From Somniosus microcephalus (lineage: Eukaryota), in NCBI GenBank assembly GCA_052327205.1, contig CM126214.1, forward strand, positions 24,490,001 through 24,554,000: 64,000 bases of DNA. Direction: 5' to 3'. Position 1 is the first letter of the stretch. Each line of letters opens with the position of its first letter. A model generated the notes under the pieces. It saw nothing but the letters and a program-made list of their open reading frames with translations. It was not told the DNA's origin and did not search any database. Position numbers and translations under genes: made by a program. Shown piece after piece: positions 13,590 through 26,643 of the stretch.

Positions 13590-14852
13590 CTGTTGGACAG
13601 AAAAATAGGGAAAAACCTTAAAGAAAAGCAGCTTTGTCTTCAGTTCAATACTGCAAAAAGTATGATTTGGCACACAAGTGCTAGGGTACAAAAAGGACCA
13701 GTGGTAGAATGGAAGTTGAAAACTAACTTATCAGATGACTGAACTGGCAAATTGGTAGCAGCAGCTGGTGGTGACTGGTTTGGGGAGATGGTGGGGGAAG
13801 GAAGGGAGTGGAAGAAATAAAAGCAGAGAGAAAAATCTCCCAAGATTATAAACTTCTCGTGTAGACACAGATCATCCACACAAACAAAATATGCCAAGAT
13901 TTTCTAATTTGGAAACGGTATAGGATAAGTTTGAATGTTCATCTAACTTCTACTATCTTGGGTGTTCCTAGACAATAAGTGAGCCAATACAGTATGAGAA
14001 GCCAGTTGCTTCTTTTTTATAAATACGACCATATTTTAAGTACACATTCATGCCAAACATGAGCTCCCATTATGCAAGTCAATGTTTACTTTTTATCCAT
14101 GAAATATTTATTTTAAAAGTCCTAGATCTAAGGAATAACAATGGCATGTTCTATAAGGATGTCACGTTGCTCCTTGAAGCTGCTTCAGAACAGTGTGTAG
14201 CTGGCATAATTTCTGGTAAAAGCTCATATTCCAATCAGCATTTGGCTTCAGTTTAAAGTGAACCTGAACACAGTCACCAGTCCCAAATGTTATTCCCAGA
14301 CTGTTTTAAATTCACTTTAGACACTCAGTTTGAACCCAGAATTTACCTTTACCCTCTAGGGTCCTTTGAAAGAATCAGCAGGCATTGATTTTATGAATTT
14401 CAACACCATCTTCATTGTATGCGCAGATCAATACCCAGCATCACACTTCATTAGTTGCCATTAGAAGCCAGACATGTTAGTGAAAACAGCTCAGGCTGCA
14501 AGTTTGCAAAGATACCTTAAAGTACCTCCCATTCTGCATAACAGCGCCTTTAATGGTTTTCAATGTGAATTTTGCTGGGCACTGTAATGCAAAATAAGAG
14601 GTATGGAGATACAGCTGTGCAATTTTTCTTATTTTAGGACTGAACATTAAAAGGTTTTTATGGTAGGAGAAAGGAGCAGAGACCATTCATCTAGAAAAAA
14701 GCTTCAAATTTTTCTTCCCTACTCTTCTGAGTTAGAAATATTTTTTTTTAAACTGTGAAGAAGTTTCCATATGCCATTTATGCACTCAAACATACTAGAT
14801 TTAGTTACAAGGAAAGTGCTTTTATTTTAATTTGGGCATCAAAGTTGTCTCC

Positions 14853-15625
14853 TCTTCTTAGGCAGTCCCTCGGAACTGAGGATGACTTGCTTCCACATTA
14901 AAAATGAGTTCTCAGGTGACTGATGAGTCCAATGCAGGACCTACAGTCTCTGTCACAGGTGGGGCAGACAGTGGTTGAAGGGGCGGGTGGGTGGGGTGCT
15001 TGGGTTGACGTGCGCTCCTTGCGCTTGGCTTCCGCTTGCTCCCGGCGAAGAGACTCGAGGTGTTCGGCGTCTTCCCGGATGCTTCCCCTCCACTTTGTGC
15101 GGTCTTGGGCCAGGGATTCCCAGGTGTCGGTGGGGATGTTACACTTTTTCAAGGAGGCTTTGAGGGTGTCCTTGAAGCGTTTCCTCTGCCCACCTGGGGT
15201 TCTCTTGCCGTGCCGGAGCTCCGAGTAGAGCGCTTATTTTGGGAATCTCGTATCGGGCATGCGGACAATGTGACCCGTCCATCGGAGCTGATCGAGCGTG
15301 GTCAAAGCTTCGATGTTGGCCTGAGCAAGAACACTGACGTTGGTGCGCCTATCCTGCCAATGGATTTGCAGGATCTTGCGGAGGCAGCGTTGGTGGTACC
15401 TCTCCAGTGCTTTGAGGTGCCTGCTGTACATGGTCCATGTCTCTGAGGCATACAGCAGGGCAGGTATCACTGCTGCTCTTTAGACCATGAGCTTAGTGCC
15501 AGGTTTGAGGTTCTGGTCTTCAAACACTCTCTTCCTCAGGCGACCGAAGGCTGCACTGGCACACTGAAGGCGGTGTTGGACTTCATCGTCGACGTCTGCC
15601 CTTGTTGACAGTAGGCTCCCGAGGT
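14853..15625 (-). mobile_element. RTE-clade (BovB-like) LINE 3' fragment
   Basis: LLYASETW, HQRCLRKILQIHWQD, QLRWTGHIVRM, C-terminal CPTC...IGLISHLRTH. Confidence 0.88.
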
Positions 15626-16260
15626 CTAATATATAAAGCTACTCCATTATGTTGGAGTGAGGACTAGGGTTAAGATTAAGCTAAAACCGAGGTTGGAAAT
15701 GAATTTATTTCGGGAACGATTATTTTGCTGAAGGAAGTATTTACTTCAAGAGGGACATTCTAGGAGGCAGTTAAAGGTTGTAAGGGTGGGAGCCAAAAAT
15801 AGCATGGAGGAGGGCGGTGGGTGTGTGAGTACTCCATTAAATTCCTCTTTAACCACAGCCTGAAAGACAAAGAAGTGACAAAAAAGGTCTTTCCACAGGA
15901 TTCAGGAGCTTGCGTATGAAGATTTCAAATGTTGAGTCCAGAATGGACTTAAATTTTTTGTTCTCTGGGCACTGGTACAGAAACTGCTTCACTGCAATGG
16001 ATGAATCAAGTCATAATTATATGCTAATTAGTGCCCTACCTTACTTTTGAAGGAATCAATACAAATATAGATCTTTTACAGTTCAAAATCTTGGCAAAAG
16101 AACCAAGTTGCCAATTCAAAGTGTCTGCCTTACTCAGTACGAGAGACAGTTCCACACCTATAGTTAAATGTAGTTTATCTTCTTGTTACTCCAATTCAAG
16201 TTCAAGGTACTCCAGTTACACCAAGATTACATTGCACCCAGGTGGTTACACTATCCTTAC

Positions 16261-16377
16261 CAGTCAGTCCAACCTTCTTCCTACAGGTGAAGCATCTATT
16301 CTTTTTGGGTTTTGACTTTTCTGGCACCTTCTCCTCGCCTTCTGTGGAACTTTCTGAAGTTTCCAAATTCACAGCAG
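16261..16377 (-). CDS. ZFAND5: ZFAND5/6-family exon 5 (start of AN1 finger)
   Basis: Acceptor TATATTTCCAG, donor CTG|GTAAGG, 117 nt. Ends [17 protein letters not shown]. Confidence 0.95.
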
Positions 16378-16534
16378 CTGGAAATATAACATCCAAGAGA
16401 TTTAAGTTTGGACTGATGACAAATGCTTGGATGGAATACAGATTCTGACAAATAGAATTTGAATTTTATAACAAACAGGTTAAAGTAAAGACATTTCACA
16501 CAGCTATGCACCATACTAAAAGCAATTCAGAAAG

Positions 16535-17030
16535 ACCTCACTGTCCTTGGCCTCTTGCATTGTTCCACGGAAGCTCAACGTAAACTCGAGGAACAGCACC
16601 TCATCTTCCGATTAGGCACTTTGCAGCCTGCCGGACTCAATATCGAGTTCAACAATTTCAGATCATAACCTCGGCCCCTATTACATTTTTACTTATATTT
16701 TTTATCCATTCCTTTGCGGTTTCTCCCTCCCCCCCCCCCTTTTTTTTCTCTCTCCCACATGGCAGCTGTCTCTCATTCTGCCAGAACATTTCACACCTAA
16801 TCGGAGCCGTCTTTTGTCTCCACTAGTCCTATCACCATCTCGTCTCGTTTTGAATACCTCTTAATGTCTCTTCACTTCTTTTGTTCTATCCCAGCCCTGC
16901 CTTCGATCTATTTCATTTCCTTTCCAGTTTTGAAAAAGGGTTTCGACCCGAAACGTCGACTCTATTTTCTCTCCACGGATGTTGCCGGGCCTGCTGAGTT
17001 TTTCCAGCATTTTCTGTTGTTATTTCAGAA
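16535..17030 (+). mobile_element. Penelope-like 3' fragment
   Basis: Encodes EAQRKLEEQHLIFRLGTLQPAGLNIEFNNF and carries the same tail as 35345-35800. Confidence 0.85.
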
Positions 17031-17199
17031 ATACTGGTTGCTTGGATTCGGGAAGCCCAGCCTGCACAGATCAGCTCCATAAACCGGCAGTACACTTGTA
17101 GACGAAGGTTAAACAGTATAAACCCAGGCTCCCAGAATCAGAACTACAATATAAAAGTAGCTTTAGCTGCTGAAGAGGATTAAAAATAAATTGCTGCTG

Positions 17200-17655
17200 C
17201 TTACCAGAATGATACCAGGGCTAAAAGGGTTAAGTTATGAGAACAGGTTGCATAGTCTAAGCTTGTATTCCCGTGAATATAAAAGATTAAGAATGGTCTA
17301 ATTGCTGTGTTTAAAATGATCAAAGGAGTTGAAGAAGAGAAACTATTTCCTTTGGTGGGGGAGTTGAGAACAAGGGGGCAAAACATTGAAATTACAGCTA
17401 GGCCGTTCAGGGGTGATGTCAGAAAGCACTTCTTCACACAAAGGGTAGTCGAAATCTGGAAGACTCTTCCACCCCCAAAAAGCTGTGGAGACTAGCTCAA
17501 TTGAAAATTTCAAAAATCTGATTGCTAAGAATGTTAGACAAGGGTATTAAGCGTTACGAAACCAAAGTAGATAGAGTTAAGATACAGATCAACCATGATC
17601 TAATTGAATGGTGGAACAGGCTTAAGGGGCTGAATGGCCTACTCCTGTTCCTATG
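17200..17655 (+). mobile_element. CR1 3' fragment (similar fragments at 18385-18585, 28780-29165, 45470-45595, 51190-51700, 54350-54800)
   Basis: EKLFPLVGE.RTRG...KHFFTQRVV plus CR1 tail. Confidence 0.8.
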
Positions 17656-17867
17656 CACTGACTTCAGTACACGGTAGCACTAGAGTGGTATTGAATTCTG
17701 CCAGTTTGAACACCATAACCAGATTAAAACTATTTCCCCACTTAGTAAATCTTTCATAACTGATGTGATTATTTATCAAAAGGAAATTAATTTCCCCCCT
17801 TCTTATTCTCAATGAGCCTTTATACTCAAGGCACTGAACAATTCTACTTCAGAGGAAGGAAACCAAC

Positions 17868-17968
17868 CTGATGCTGTAATGACTTCAACTTTTAGAGCTC
17901 CCTCAGTCTCAGTGCTCGATTCATCTTGAGAGATGCTCATCGCAGTCATCTGCTGCGTTACAGGAGTG
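17868..17968 (-). CDS. ZFAND5: ZFAND5/6-family exon 4 (linker)
   Basis: Acceptor CCCCTGTCTAG, donor CAG|GTTGGT, 101 nt. Reads STPVTQQMTAMSISQDESSTETEGALKVEVITAS (compare ZFAND5 PVTQQMTEMSIS). Confidence 0.92.
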
Positions 17969-18770
17969 CTAGACAGGGGTTATCACAAACAGAATTCAAA
18001 ATGTCATCAAATGCATCATGGCAGCATATCTTCTAGCGATTAAGAGTAACAATGAAAGGTTTTTTTCTGTACCCAATATGATCCACCATATACTGTAGCG
18101 GCTGCTTTATGAAGATCAGCAAGCCCGAGACTAAATTACCACCAGACACTTGGTCATTCTTCAGAATTTAGTGTACACAGTTTTTAAAACAATTTCTTAT
18201 AATTATGCTAGGGACGGTAGAGGAATCACAATGTGAACACTCCCAGGCAGTCCCAGGTAAAGTACGGCAGATGCCAGATGCAAAGAAAAGCGCCAACTGC
18301 TCTGCTCCAACCCTAATTCACCAACTGCATCAGTCTGAATTTTAACCAGCATGTAACTGAGCAATGCAGGCCAGAAGGTCCAGGTTTTCAAGAGAGAATT
18401 GGATATATTTCTGAAGGCTAAGGGGATTAAGGGTTACGGAGAAAAGGCGGGGACGGGGTACTGAACTGGTAAGATCAGCTATGATCTCAGACGAAGATCA
18501 GCCATGATCTCATTGAATGGCGGAGCAGGCTCGAAGGGCCGAATGGCCTACTCCTGTTCCTATCTCTATGTTTCTATGTTTGGTTCCCAGTCTGTATGGG
18601 GATAGTTGGTTGCCAAGTGCTACAATAAACACCTATGTTCTGTACTTGGGATGGGAAGTCTAGGCTTACACACTGGGCGAGGTATTGAAGGGTGGCAGGG
18701 AAATCATACCCCAGCACCACTCAGTACTTTCAGGAAGGGGAAGAGAGAGAACTGCAATGGTTAAAAAAAA

Positions 18771-18803
18771 CTGATGAAAGGTCAGCGACCTGAAACGTTA
18801 ACT
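18771..18803 (+). ncRNA. Hammerhead core with the 5' arm of stem I lost, in a Penelope-derived fragment 18771-18870
   Basis: CUGAUGA-A-AGGUC-AGC-GACCU-GAAA-CG-UU-AACU. Confidence 0.55.
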
Positions 18804-18965
18804 CGGCTTCTCTCTCCACAGATGCTGCCTGACCTACTGAGTATTTCCAGCAGCTGCAGTATTTTGCTTTTGGTTAAAAAAATAACTTTTAGAATAGTCA
18901 CATTTATCTCCATCCTAATAATCCCACTAGGTCAACTCTATTAATCTCATAAATAGCAGACATAC

Positions 18966-19086
18966 CTAGTTTTGGCAGACGTGGCATTCCCAGAGGCATC
19001 TGCAGACATTTCAGGGTTTCCTTCCGTGCACTGAACAGGGATGGACTCTGTGCTTGAACTGCTGTTACTACTGACCCCACTTGCTG
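18966..19086 (-). CDS. ZFAND5: ZFAND5/6-family exon 3 (linker)
   Basis: Acceptor TTTCTTTGCCCAACAG, donor AG|GTATG, 121 nt. Reads AASGVSSNSSSSTESIPVQCTEGNPEMSADASGNATSAKT in frame with its neighbours. Confidence 0.9.
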
Positions 19087-19249
19087 CTGTTGGGCAAAGA
19101 AAGTATTAATGCAAACTCATTCAACTTAACCACAACAATGAGAATATACAGCAACTTCTCAAATAAATCCACCACTACATTTGTTTGTTATTCTTAAGAA
19201 TCGTAATTTTGTGATTTAAGTGCTGGGTGGATACTTTTTTTTTTATTTT

Positions 19250-21070
19250 TTTTATATTCGGTTATGGGATCTGGGCGTCGCTGGCAAGGCCAACATTTAT
19301 TGCCAATCCCTAATTGCCTTTGAGAAGGTGGTGGTGAGCCGCCTTCTTGAACTACTGCAGTCAGTGTGGTGAAAATACTCCCACAGTGCTGTTAGGTAGG
19401 GAGTTCCAGGATTTTGACCTAGCGATGATGAAGGATCGGCAATATACTTCTAAGTCAGGATGGTGTGTGATTTGGAGGGGAACTTGGAGGTGGTGGTGTT
19501 CCCATGCGCCTGCTGCCCTTGTCCTTCTAGGTGGAAGAGGTTGCAGGTGTGGGAGGTGCTGCCGAAGAAGCCTTGGCGAGTTGCTGCAGTGCATCTTGTA
19601 GATGGTACACAGCCACGGTACGCCGGTGGTGGAGGGAGTGAATGTTTAAGGTGGTGGATGGGGTGCCAATCAAGCGGGCTGCTTTGTCCTGGATGGTGTC
19701 GAGCTTCTTGTGTTGTTGGAGCTGCACTCATCCAGGCAAGTGGAGAGCATTCCAACACACTCCTTACTTGTGCCTTGTAGATGGTGGAAAGGCACTCGCC
19801 GCAGAATATCTAGCCTCTGACCTGCTCTTGTTGCCACAGTATTTATGTGGCTGGTCCAGTTAAGCTTCTGGTCAATGGTGATCCCCAGGATGTTGACAGT
19901 GGTGGATTCGGCGATGGTAATATCGTTGAATGGCAAGGGGAGGTGGTTAGACTCTCACTTGTTGGAGACAGTCATTGCCTGGCACTTGTGTGGTGCGAAT
20001 GTTACCTGCCACTTATCAGCCCAAGCCTGAACGTCGTCCAGGTCTTGTTGCATGTGGGCACGGACTGCTTCATTATCTGAGGAGTTGTGAATGGCGCTGA
20101 ACACTGTTCAGTCATCAGCGAACATCCCCATCTCTGACCTTATGTTGGAGGAAAGGTCATTGATGAAGCAGCTGAAGATGGTTGGGCCTAGGACATTGCC
20201 CTGAGGAACTCCTGCAGCTGTAATGATTGACCTTCAACCACCACAACCATCTTCATTTGTGCTAGGTATGACTCCAGCCAGTGGAGAGATTTCCCCCCCC
20301 CAATTCCCATTGACTTCAGTTTTACTAGGGGTCTTTGATACCACACTTGGTCAAATGCTGCCTTGATGTCAAGGGCAGGCACTCTCACCTCACCTCTGGA
20401 ATTCAGCTCCTTTGTCCATGTTTGGACCAAGGCTGTAATGCGGTTGGGAGCAGAGTGGTCTTGGCGGAACCCAAACTGGGCATCAGTGAGCAGGTTATTG
20501 GTGAGTAAGTGCAGAATAGCACTGTCGATGACACCTTCCATCACTTTGCTGATGATTGAGAGTAGACCGATGGGCGGTAATTGGCCGGGTTGGATTTGTC
20601 CTGCTTTTTGTGGGCAGGACATACCTGGGCAGTTTTCCACATTGTCAGATAGATGCCGGTGTTGTAGCTGTACTGGAACAGCTTGGCTAGAGGCGCGGCT
20701 AGTTCTGGAGCACAAGTTCTCAGCACGATAGCCGGGATGTTGTCGGGGCCCATAGCCTTTGCTGTATCCAGTGCGCTCAGCCATTTCTTGATATCACGTG
20801 GCGTGAATTGAATTGGCTGAAGACTGGCTTCTGTGATGGTGGGGACCTCGGGATCATCCACTCGGCACTTCTGGCTGAAGATGGTTGCAAACGCTTCAGC
20901 CTTGTCTTTTGCACTCACGTGCTGGGCTCCAGCATCAGTGAGAATGGGGATATTCATGGAGCCTCCTCCTCCAGTTAGTTGTTTAATGGTCCACCACCAT
21001 TCACGACTAGATGTGGCAGGACTGCAGAGCATTGGTCTGATCCGTTGATTGTGGGATTGCTTAGCCCTGT
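19250..21070 (-). mobile_element. 5'-truncated LINE of the same family as 60103-63722
   Basis: Motifs GPDNIPA, NPANYRP, QFGFR, LDIKAAFD and the same 3' tail. Confidence 0.88.
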
Positions 21071-21534
21071 TATTCTAGTTTAGACAGATTTTCCTTCTTT
21101 GTCAACTCTCATTTCAGTTTATCCTTTTACTGTAGCTTTAACAGAATGTATACCACAATTAATAAGAAACATGTGGAAGTGGGGCAAGAACCATTACATA
21201 TACATCTTAGGGAACATAAGCAACTCTACAGACTGAAAGAATACAAACAAGCATTGAACTTCTATACTGCAACCTGGTAAACCTACCCAGCAATTTATTT
21301 TAAAATATGTACTCACCCCTTCCCTCTTAATGTAGTCAATTTGACAAAAGTGAAAATTGCTGCATAATTTTTTACACACATTAATTGTTAATGGCTAAAT
21401 CTTTGAAAGCCATTTCAGTTAATATACAAATCAATGCAAGCTGTACTGGGCATCAACTTGAGGAAAGGTACTGCAAAGACTCTTTCAATGAAATGAATTT
21501 ATTCAACAAGTAGCTAGCCATACGGACTAGGGAG

Positions 21535-23750
21535 GTCATAGAATCATAGAAAGTTACAGCACGGAAGGAGGCCATTTCGGCACATCGTGTCCGCGCCGGC
21601 CAACAAAGAGCTATCCAGCCTAATCCCACTTCCCAGCTCTTGGTCCGTAGCCCTGCAGGTTAGAGCATCCCAAGTGCACATCCAAGTACTTTTTAAAATG
21701 TGGTTAGGGTTTCTGCCTCTACCACCCTTTCAAGCAGCGAGTTCCAGACCCCCACAACCCTCTGGGTGAAGAAATTTCCCCTCAAATCCCCTCTAAACCT
21801 TCCCCCAATTACTTTAAATCTGTGCCCTGTGGCGGTACCACCGGTTGTTCCTTACTAACTATGTACATAATTCACTTTAACCTAACTAGTTTGTATGTAA
21901 CTTACCTGTTTGGGCCATTGCTCCTTTAAGAGGCGACCTAACGCGCTGACGTCACGCATCACGTGACGCACGCGCGCCGGCCATGGGCCCGGCTCGGCCT
22001 TCCATGGCGGCTGCCGGCACAGCCCGGCCTACCGCGACTTCGGCTGCATCGGCCAGCCGACGTGAGCGACGCGATCTCCCGCTCCCGCGGCAAGCGCCGG
22101 CCCAGCTCGGCCTCCAGCTCCCGCGCTCGCGACTTCGGCCTCAACGGCCAGCCTCAGTGCCGGGTAAACGCGCCGACGTATCGGCGTGGGTCACGTGACC
22201 GCCCCAAGCGCGCGCTAACGCCACGACGCGGTCACGTGACACCCGAAGCGCAGGAAAACACAGCCGAGCGTGATGACGTCATCACGCTCTCCACAGGACT
22301 GCAGACTCAGTCCTCGTGGCGTCCCCGCTGGGGAAAGACCTACTTCACGGTGCTCCTGCATCCAACCGCCTTACCTGCTGTATTTCGGCTGTTCTTGTAA
22401 ATAAACAACTTCTAGATTGTTCTCCTGAAGTCAAACTCGATTATTTAGTAGGCATTCGTCCAATACCTACTGAGGTCAACCCGAATTCCTACAGCCCCCT
22501 GGTTTTTGACCCCTCTGCTAAAGGAAATAGGTCCTTTCTATCCACTTTATCTATGCCCCATATAATTTTATACACCTCAATAAGGTCTCCCCTCAGCCTC
22601 CTCTGTTCCAAAGAAAACAGACCCAGCCTATCCAGTCTTCTCTCATAGCTAAGATTCTCTACTCCTGGCAACATCCTTGTAAATCTCCTCTGTACCCTCT
22701 CTAGTACAATCACATCTTTCCTGTAATGCGGTGACCAGAACTGCACGCAGTACTCTAGCTGAGGCCTAACTAGTGTTTTATACAGTTGAAGCATAACCCC
22801 CCTGCTCTTGTATTCTATGCCACAGCTAATAAAGGCAAGCATTCCGTATGCCGCCTTAACCACCTTATCTACCTGGCCTGCTACCTTCAGAGATCTGTGG
22901 ACATGCACTCCAAAATTCCTTTGTTCCCCTACACTACTCAGTGTCCTACCATTTAATGTGTATTCCCATTCCTTGTTAGCCCTCCCCAAATGCATTACCT
23001 CACACTTCTCCAGATTGAATTCCATTTGCCACTGTCTGCCCACCTGACCAATTTATTGATATATCTTACTGCGGTAACAGTATCAACCACACAGCCAATT
23101 TTAGTATCATCTGCAAACTTCTTAATCATACCCCCTATATTCAGGTCTAGATCGTTGATATATACCACAAAAAGCAAGGGACCTAGTACAGAGCCCTGCG
23201 GAACCCCACTGGAAACAGCCTTCCAGTCACAAAAACACCCATCAACCATTACCCTCTGCTTCCTGTCTCCAAGCCAGTGTTGAATCCAACTTGACACTTT
23301 GCCCTGGATCCCATGGGCTTTTAACTTTGTGACCAGTCTGCCATGTGGAACCTTATCAAAAGCCTTGCTAAAGTCCATATACACTACATCAAATGCACTA
23401 CCCTCATCTACCCTCCTTGTTACCTCCTCAAAAAATTCAATCAAATTTGTCAGACACAACCTTCCCTTAACAAATCCGTGCTGACTATCCTTGATTAATC
23501 TGTGTCTTTCTAAATGAAGATTTATCCTATCCTTCAGAATTCTTTCCAATAATTTTCCCACCACCGAGGTTAGGCTGACTGGCCTGTAATTACTCGGTCT
23601 ATACTTTTCTCCCGTTTTGGGATAAATCCCCAGGCCCGGATGAAATGTGTCCCAGGCTGTTAAGCAAAGCAAGAGAGGAAATTGTAGAGGCCCTGACCAT
23701 TTTTCAATCCTCTCTGGCTTCAGGTGTGGTGCTGGAGGACTGCTAATGTA
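21535..23750 (-). mobile_element. CR1 LINE (RT and tail) with an inverted 5' segment and an LTR insertion
   Basis: NYRPVSLTS, DFSKAFDKV, GVPQGSVLGP, KFADD; 23621-23750 is inverted. Confidence 0.9.
21828..22493 (+). mobile_element. CpG-rich solo LTR (666 bp; Gypsy- or ERV-like)
   Basis: TGT...ACA ends, 4-bp TSD GCCC (21824-21827 and 22494-22497), splits a CR1 3' region exactly, AATAAA near 22400. Confidence 0.85.
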
Positions 23751-25752
23751 GTCAATTATGTTCACACATGCACATCTCACAGCCTGTATCTAAAAAAATT
23801 GTAATCCTGAAACTCACCATCATCAGGAAAGAGAAAACAGAACCAAAATCAAGTTAACCGTGAGGAAAAAGACGTGGCCTTAAAATTGTACAAAGGTTGC
23901 AGTGCATGTATACAGGATTCCAGATTAAATCAATTTATTACCTAGGCACTGTAATCTTGGATTTTACAGTAAGATTGTTATTCAGTCAGTGGATTTGGGA
24001 GATAGCCAGGATGCAGCCTATGGGGCAAATCTGGCCCATGAGTTATTATGCAGCCTGCAAACTCGTGCCAGTTCCTTTCTTGTGTGTGTGAAAATTGACT
24101 TCAACGTCAGCTCTTTAATCTTCAGGCCTGGAGGACTGGGAAAGGCTGATCTACAGTTGTTTGACCAGCCAGGAGTCAACCTTTATCAGTCCCCTCCCCC
24201 CCCCCAGCTCCAGGAAGTTTTAAGAGCTAAAGTTTCCCAAGTTTTCAAACTTTGAAGGAGTGGGAGGGCTAGGCTGGGCTTGAACAAAGTGCAGAGGAGG
24301 ATTTCTACGTAATCAGATGCAGCCAAGTTGCTGATTTTGACAATAATCCAGTTCCCTGGATTACTGGGGAGTTTGAAACCAAAAAAATTTTAACCCTTAA
24401 GACTACCAGGAGAACCAATGACATCCCATCTCACTGGGCCATATTAATTTCCAGCTCACATATAGAAATTGAAATAAATTTGTTAGTAATTAAACCACTT
24501 CAATACCAAGAATATCTTTATCATGAACCTAAACAATCACACAACTATTTAGCTCCAATAAATAGTCTGTGTATATAGCAAAGCTAACTGTTACCGTGTC
24601 TTTTTTGTTTTGAAGGAGGAAGAAAGCTTTTTAAAACAGCATTCACCATTTCTTCACTAATAGAACTATTTTCAGGAGTCAACATGTATATAACCATATG
24701 TATGCATTTACATACAAGATACCATTTCCCCCCCCCCCCCCACTTCCCAGGCAAACCTGACCTTCAAAAATAGATTTCAAATTTTGCTTACATTAGGGAG
24801 TTGTCACATCAGTCACAACACTCTCTTCCCCCTCCTTCCACAAGAAAACTAATTTCATGTGCTACAGAGCTCGAAAAATATATACATTTTCACTTGCAGG
24901 TGGAGAAGTAGATGCCCTCTTTTTAATTACGTCCGCTTTTAAATGAAAGGAAACATGCAAGAAGGCAGGTTAAATATTATTGTTAGCATTATACTGGCAA
25001 TGCTTTGGCAAGTGGACGACTATTCATGCTGCAGCTGGATTCGGCCACAGCTTCAGAGGCACAGCAATCAACCTGCATCTGGAAGGCAGCGAGCGGGAAG
25101 GGAACAGAGTCCAGCCACATGCCGAGCACAGTCGGCAACTTTCATCTAGGACGTGGAAAGTGGGAGCCAAATTACAGCAAATTCCAGCCAGAGCATCACA
25201 AGTACAGTGCTGAATTTCTAATCTTTGTTCTGGCAATTATTATTTTTTTTTTTAATTAAGCACAACTGAAAAGGACAAGAAGAAACTACCTGGGATAGTA
25301 CATGCAATCTTTAGCTTTCATTCTTGTATATGAGCCCAACTCTTTACTTAACCCCAAAACATGGCGTAAATTTCCTATATTATACACAAGGAACGTTCCC
25401 TGCAATCTTTTGGGGGCCACGCGGCCCATTCAAAATACCACACACACGTGCGGTTTTGCCGCAAGCCAGCTGCGTGGGACCTTCAGAGAGCTGCATGGAT
25501 GCTTAAAGGGAACTTTGTACACAAGTATACAAAGTAAAATATCTTTGGTCAAATTTGAGTACAGCCACTTTTATTGCTCCAAAGCAATTGTTTTACAGAC
25601 TGAATGTATTTATGCCAGTTATAATCAATTTTGATCTCTGGTTCAGACTGTCAAATCAGCTGCATCAAACACAACAGATTCACCAGTTGATTTGTGCAAT
25701 GTCCCTCCAGCAGAAGTCAGCATTGTTAGGGTGAGTCGTAATAATGTGTAAT

Positions 25753-26517
25753 GGCCCACAATTTACTGCGACAGAGCAATGTACTGCGCCCGCTGTTAGT
25801 TTGCCTTGCCCATGCTGGTTTAGGTTTGTAAATTTTTGACGTGGCAAGTTGCTGAAAATGTGAACTGATAACGTCGCAGCGAGGGAAACAGGACACGCAA
25901 CTGTGCATCTCTTTAACCAATCAGATTGAAGGATTGTGAAATTAATAGCACGAGGACTGAGTAGGAATTGTTAAGTTAGAATGGGTGAATTCAATGTCAA
26001 ATCAGATACAGAAAGAGAAATAAAGAGGGGGAAGAAAGACTGGATTGAGAGAGAGAGAGAAAAGCGATAGAAAGGAAGTGTTAAAAAAATGCAATTTTAA
26101 ATTTTACATTTAAAAAATCTCCAACAGCAATTAAAACCTGAAGGAATGAGACTGCACACTTGTAATAGTTCATTTTCAGTGCCAGAGAGTTTGCTTGGCA
26201 GTAATTAACACTTATCACAATGTTAAAATGATACTTTAGACTGAAATGGACAAGTCTTGACTTTCTGTGGCAAGTTTAGTTAGTATCTGCCACACAAGTA
26301 CAGCAACTTCACTCTGGTCAATGCATTTCAATGATGAGGCAGACAGAGAGATGCTGTTTCCGCAGAGCTGACAGAGTGGCACATCTCGGACAGCAAGCTT
26401 TTGGGTTTCCACGTTTAACCTCGCAACTGCCAACGCCTGAAGTTGCTGTAACATTTGTACATAAATAACAGTGAGTGCCATTAACCTCACTGTTATTTTG
26501 ACAGCAAATTATGGCCC
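25753..26517. mobile_element. Harbinger-type MITE (about 765 bp)
   Basis: Imperfect TIR GGCCCACAATTT...AAATTATGGCCC with AAT on both flanks; homologous to positions 1-882. Confidence 0.75.
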
Positions 26518-26643
26518 AATATGTTTTTTCTCCTTGGCTTACCAGAAATGCATAAAGGGAAATGACCAGAAAAGCATATTGTTCCCCGGTCCCATTTGGA
26601 GAAGTTTTTTCATGGTGTTCCATGCTGAAGCTTCCCGACTTAC

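Noticed and set aside
21959-22400. Arg-rich ORFs, or a host CpG-island gene
   Set aside because: GC-driven open frames inside a TG...CA element with a TSD that splits a CR1.
25391-25517. Small hAT-like MITE (GTTCCC...GGGAAC)
   Set aside because: Too degraded to confirm TIRs or an 8-bp TSD.
26318-26643. C-terminal part of the 158-aa ORF as real protein
   Set aside because: It reads through the GTAAGT donor into intron and MITE sequence.
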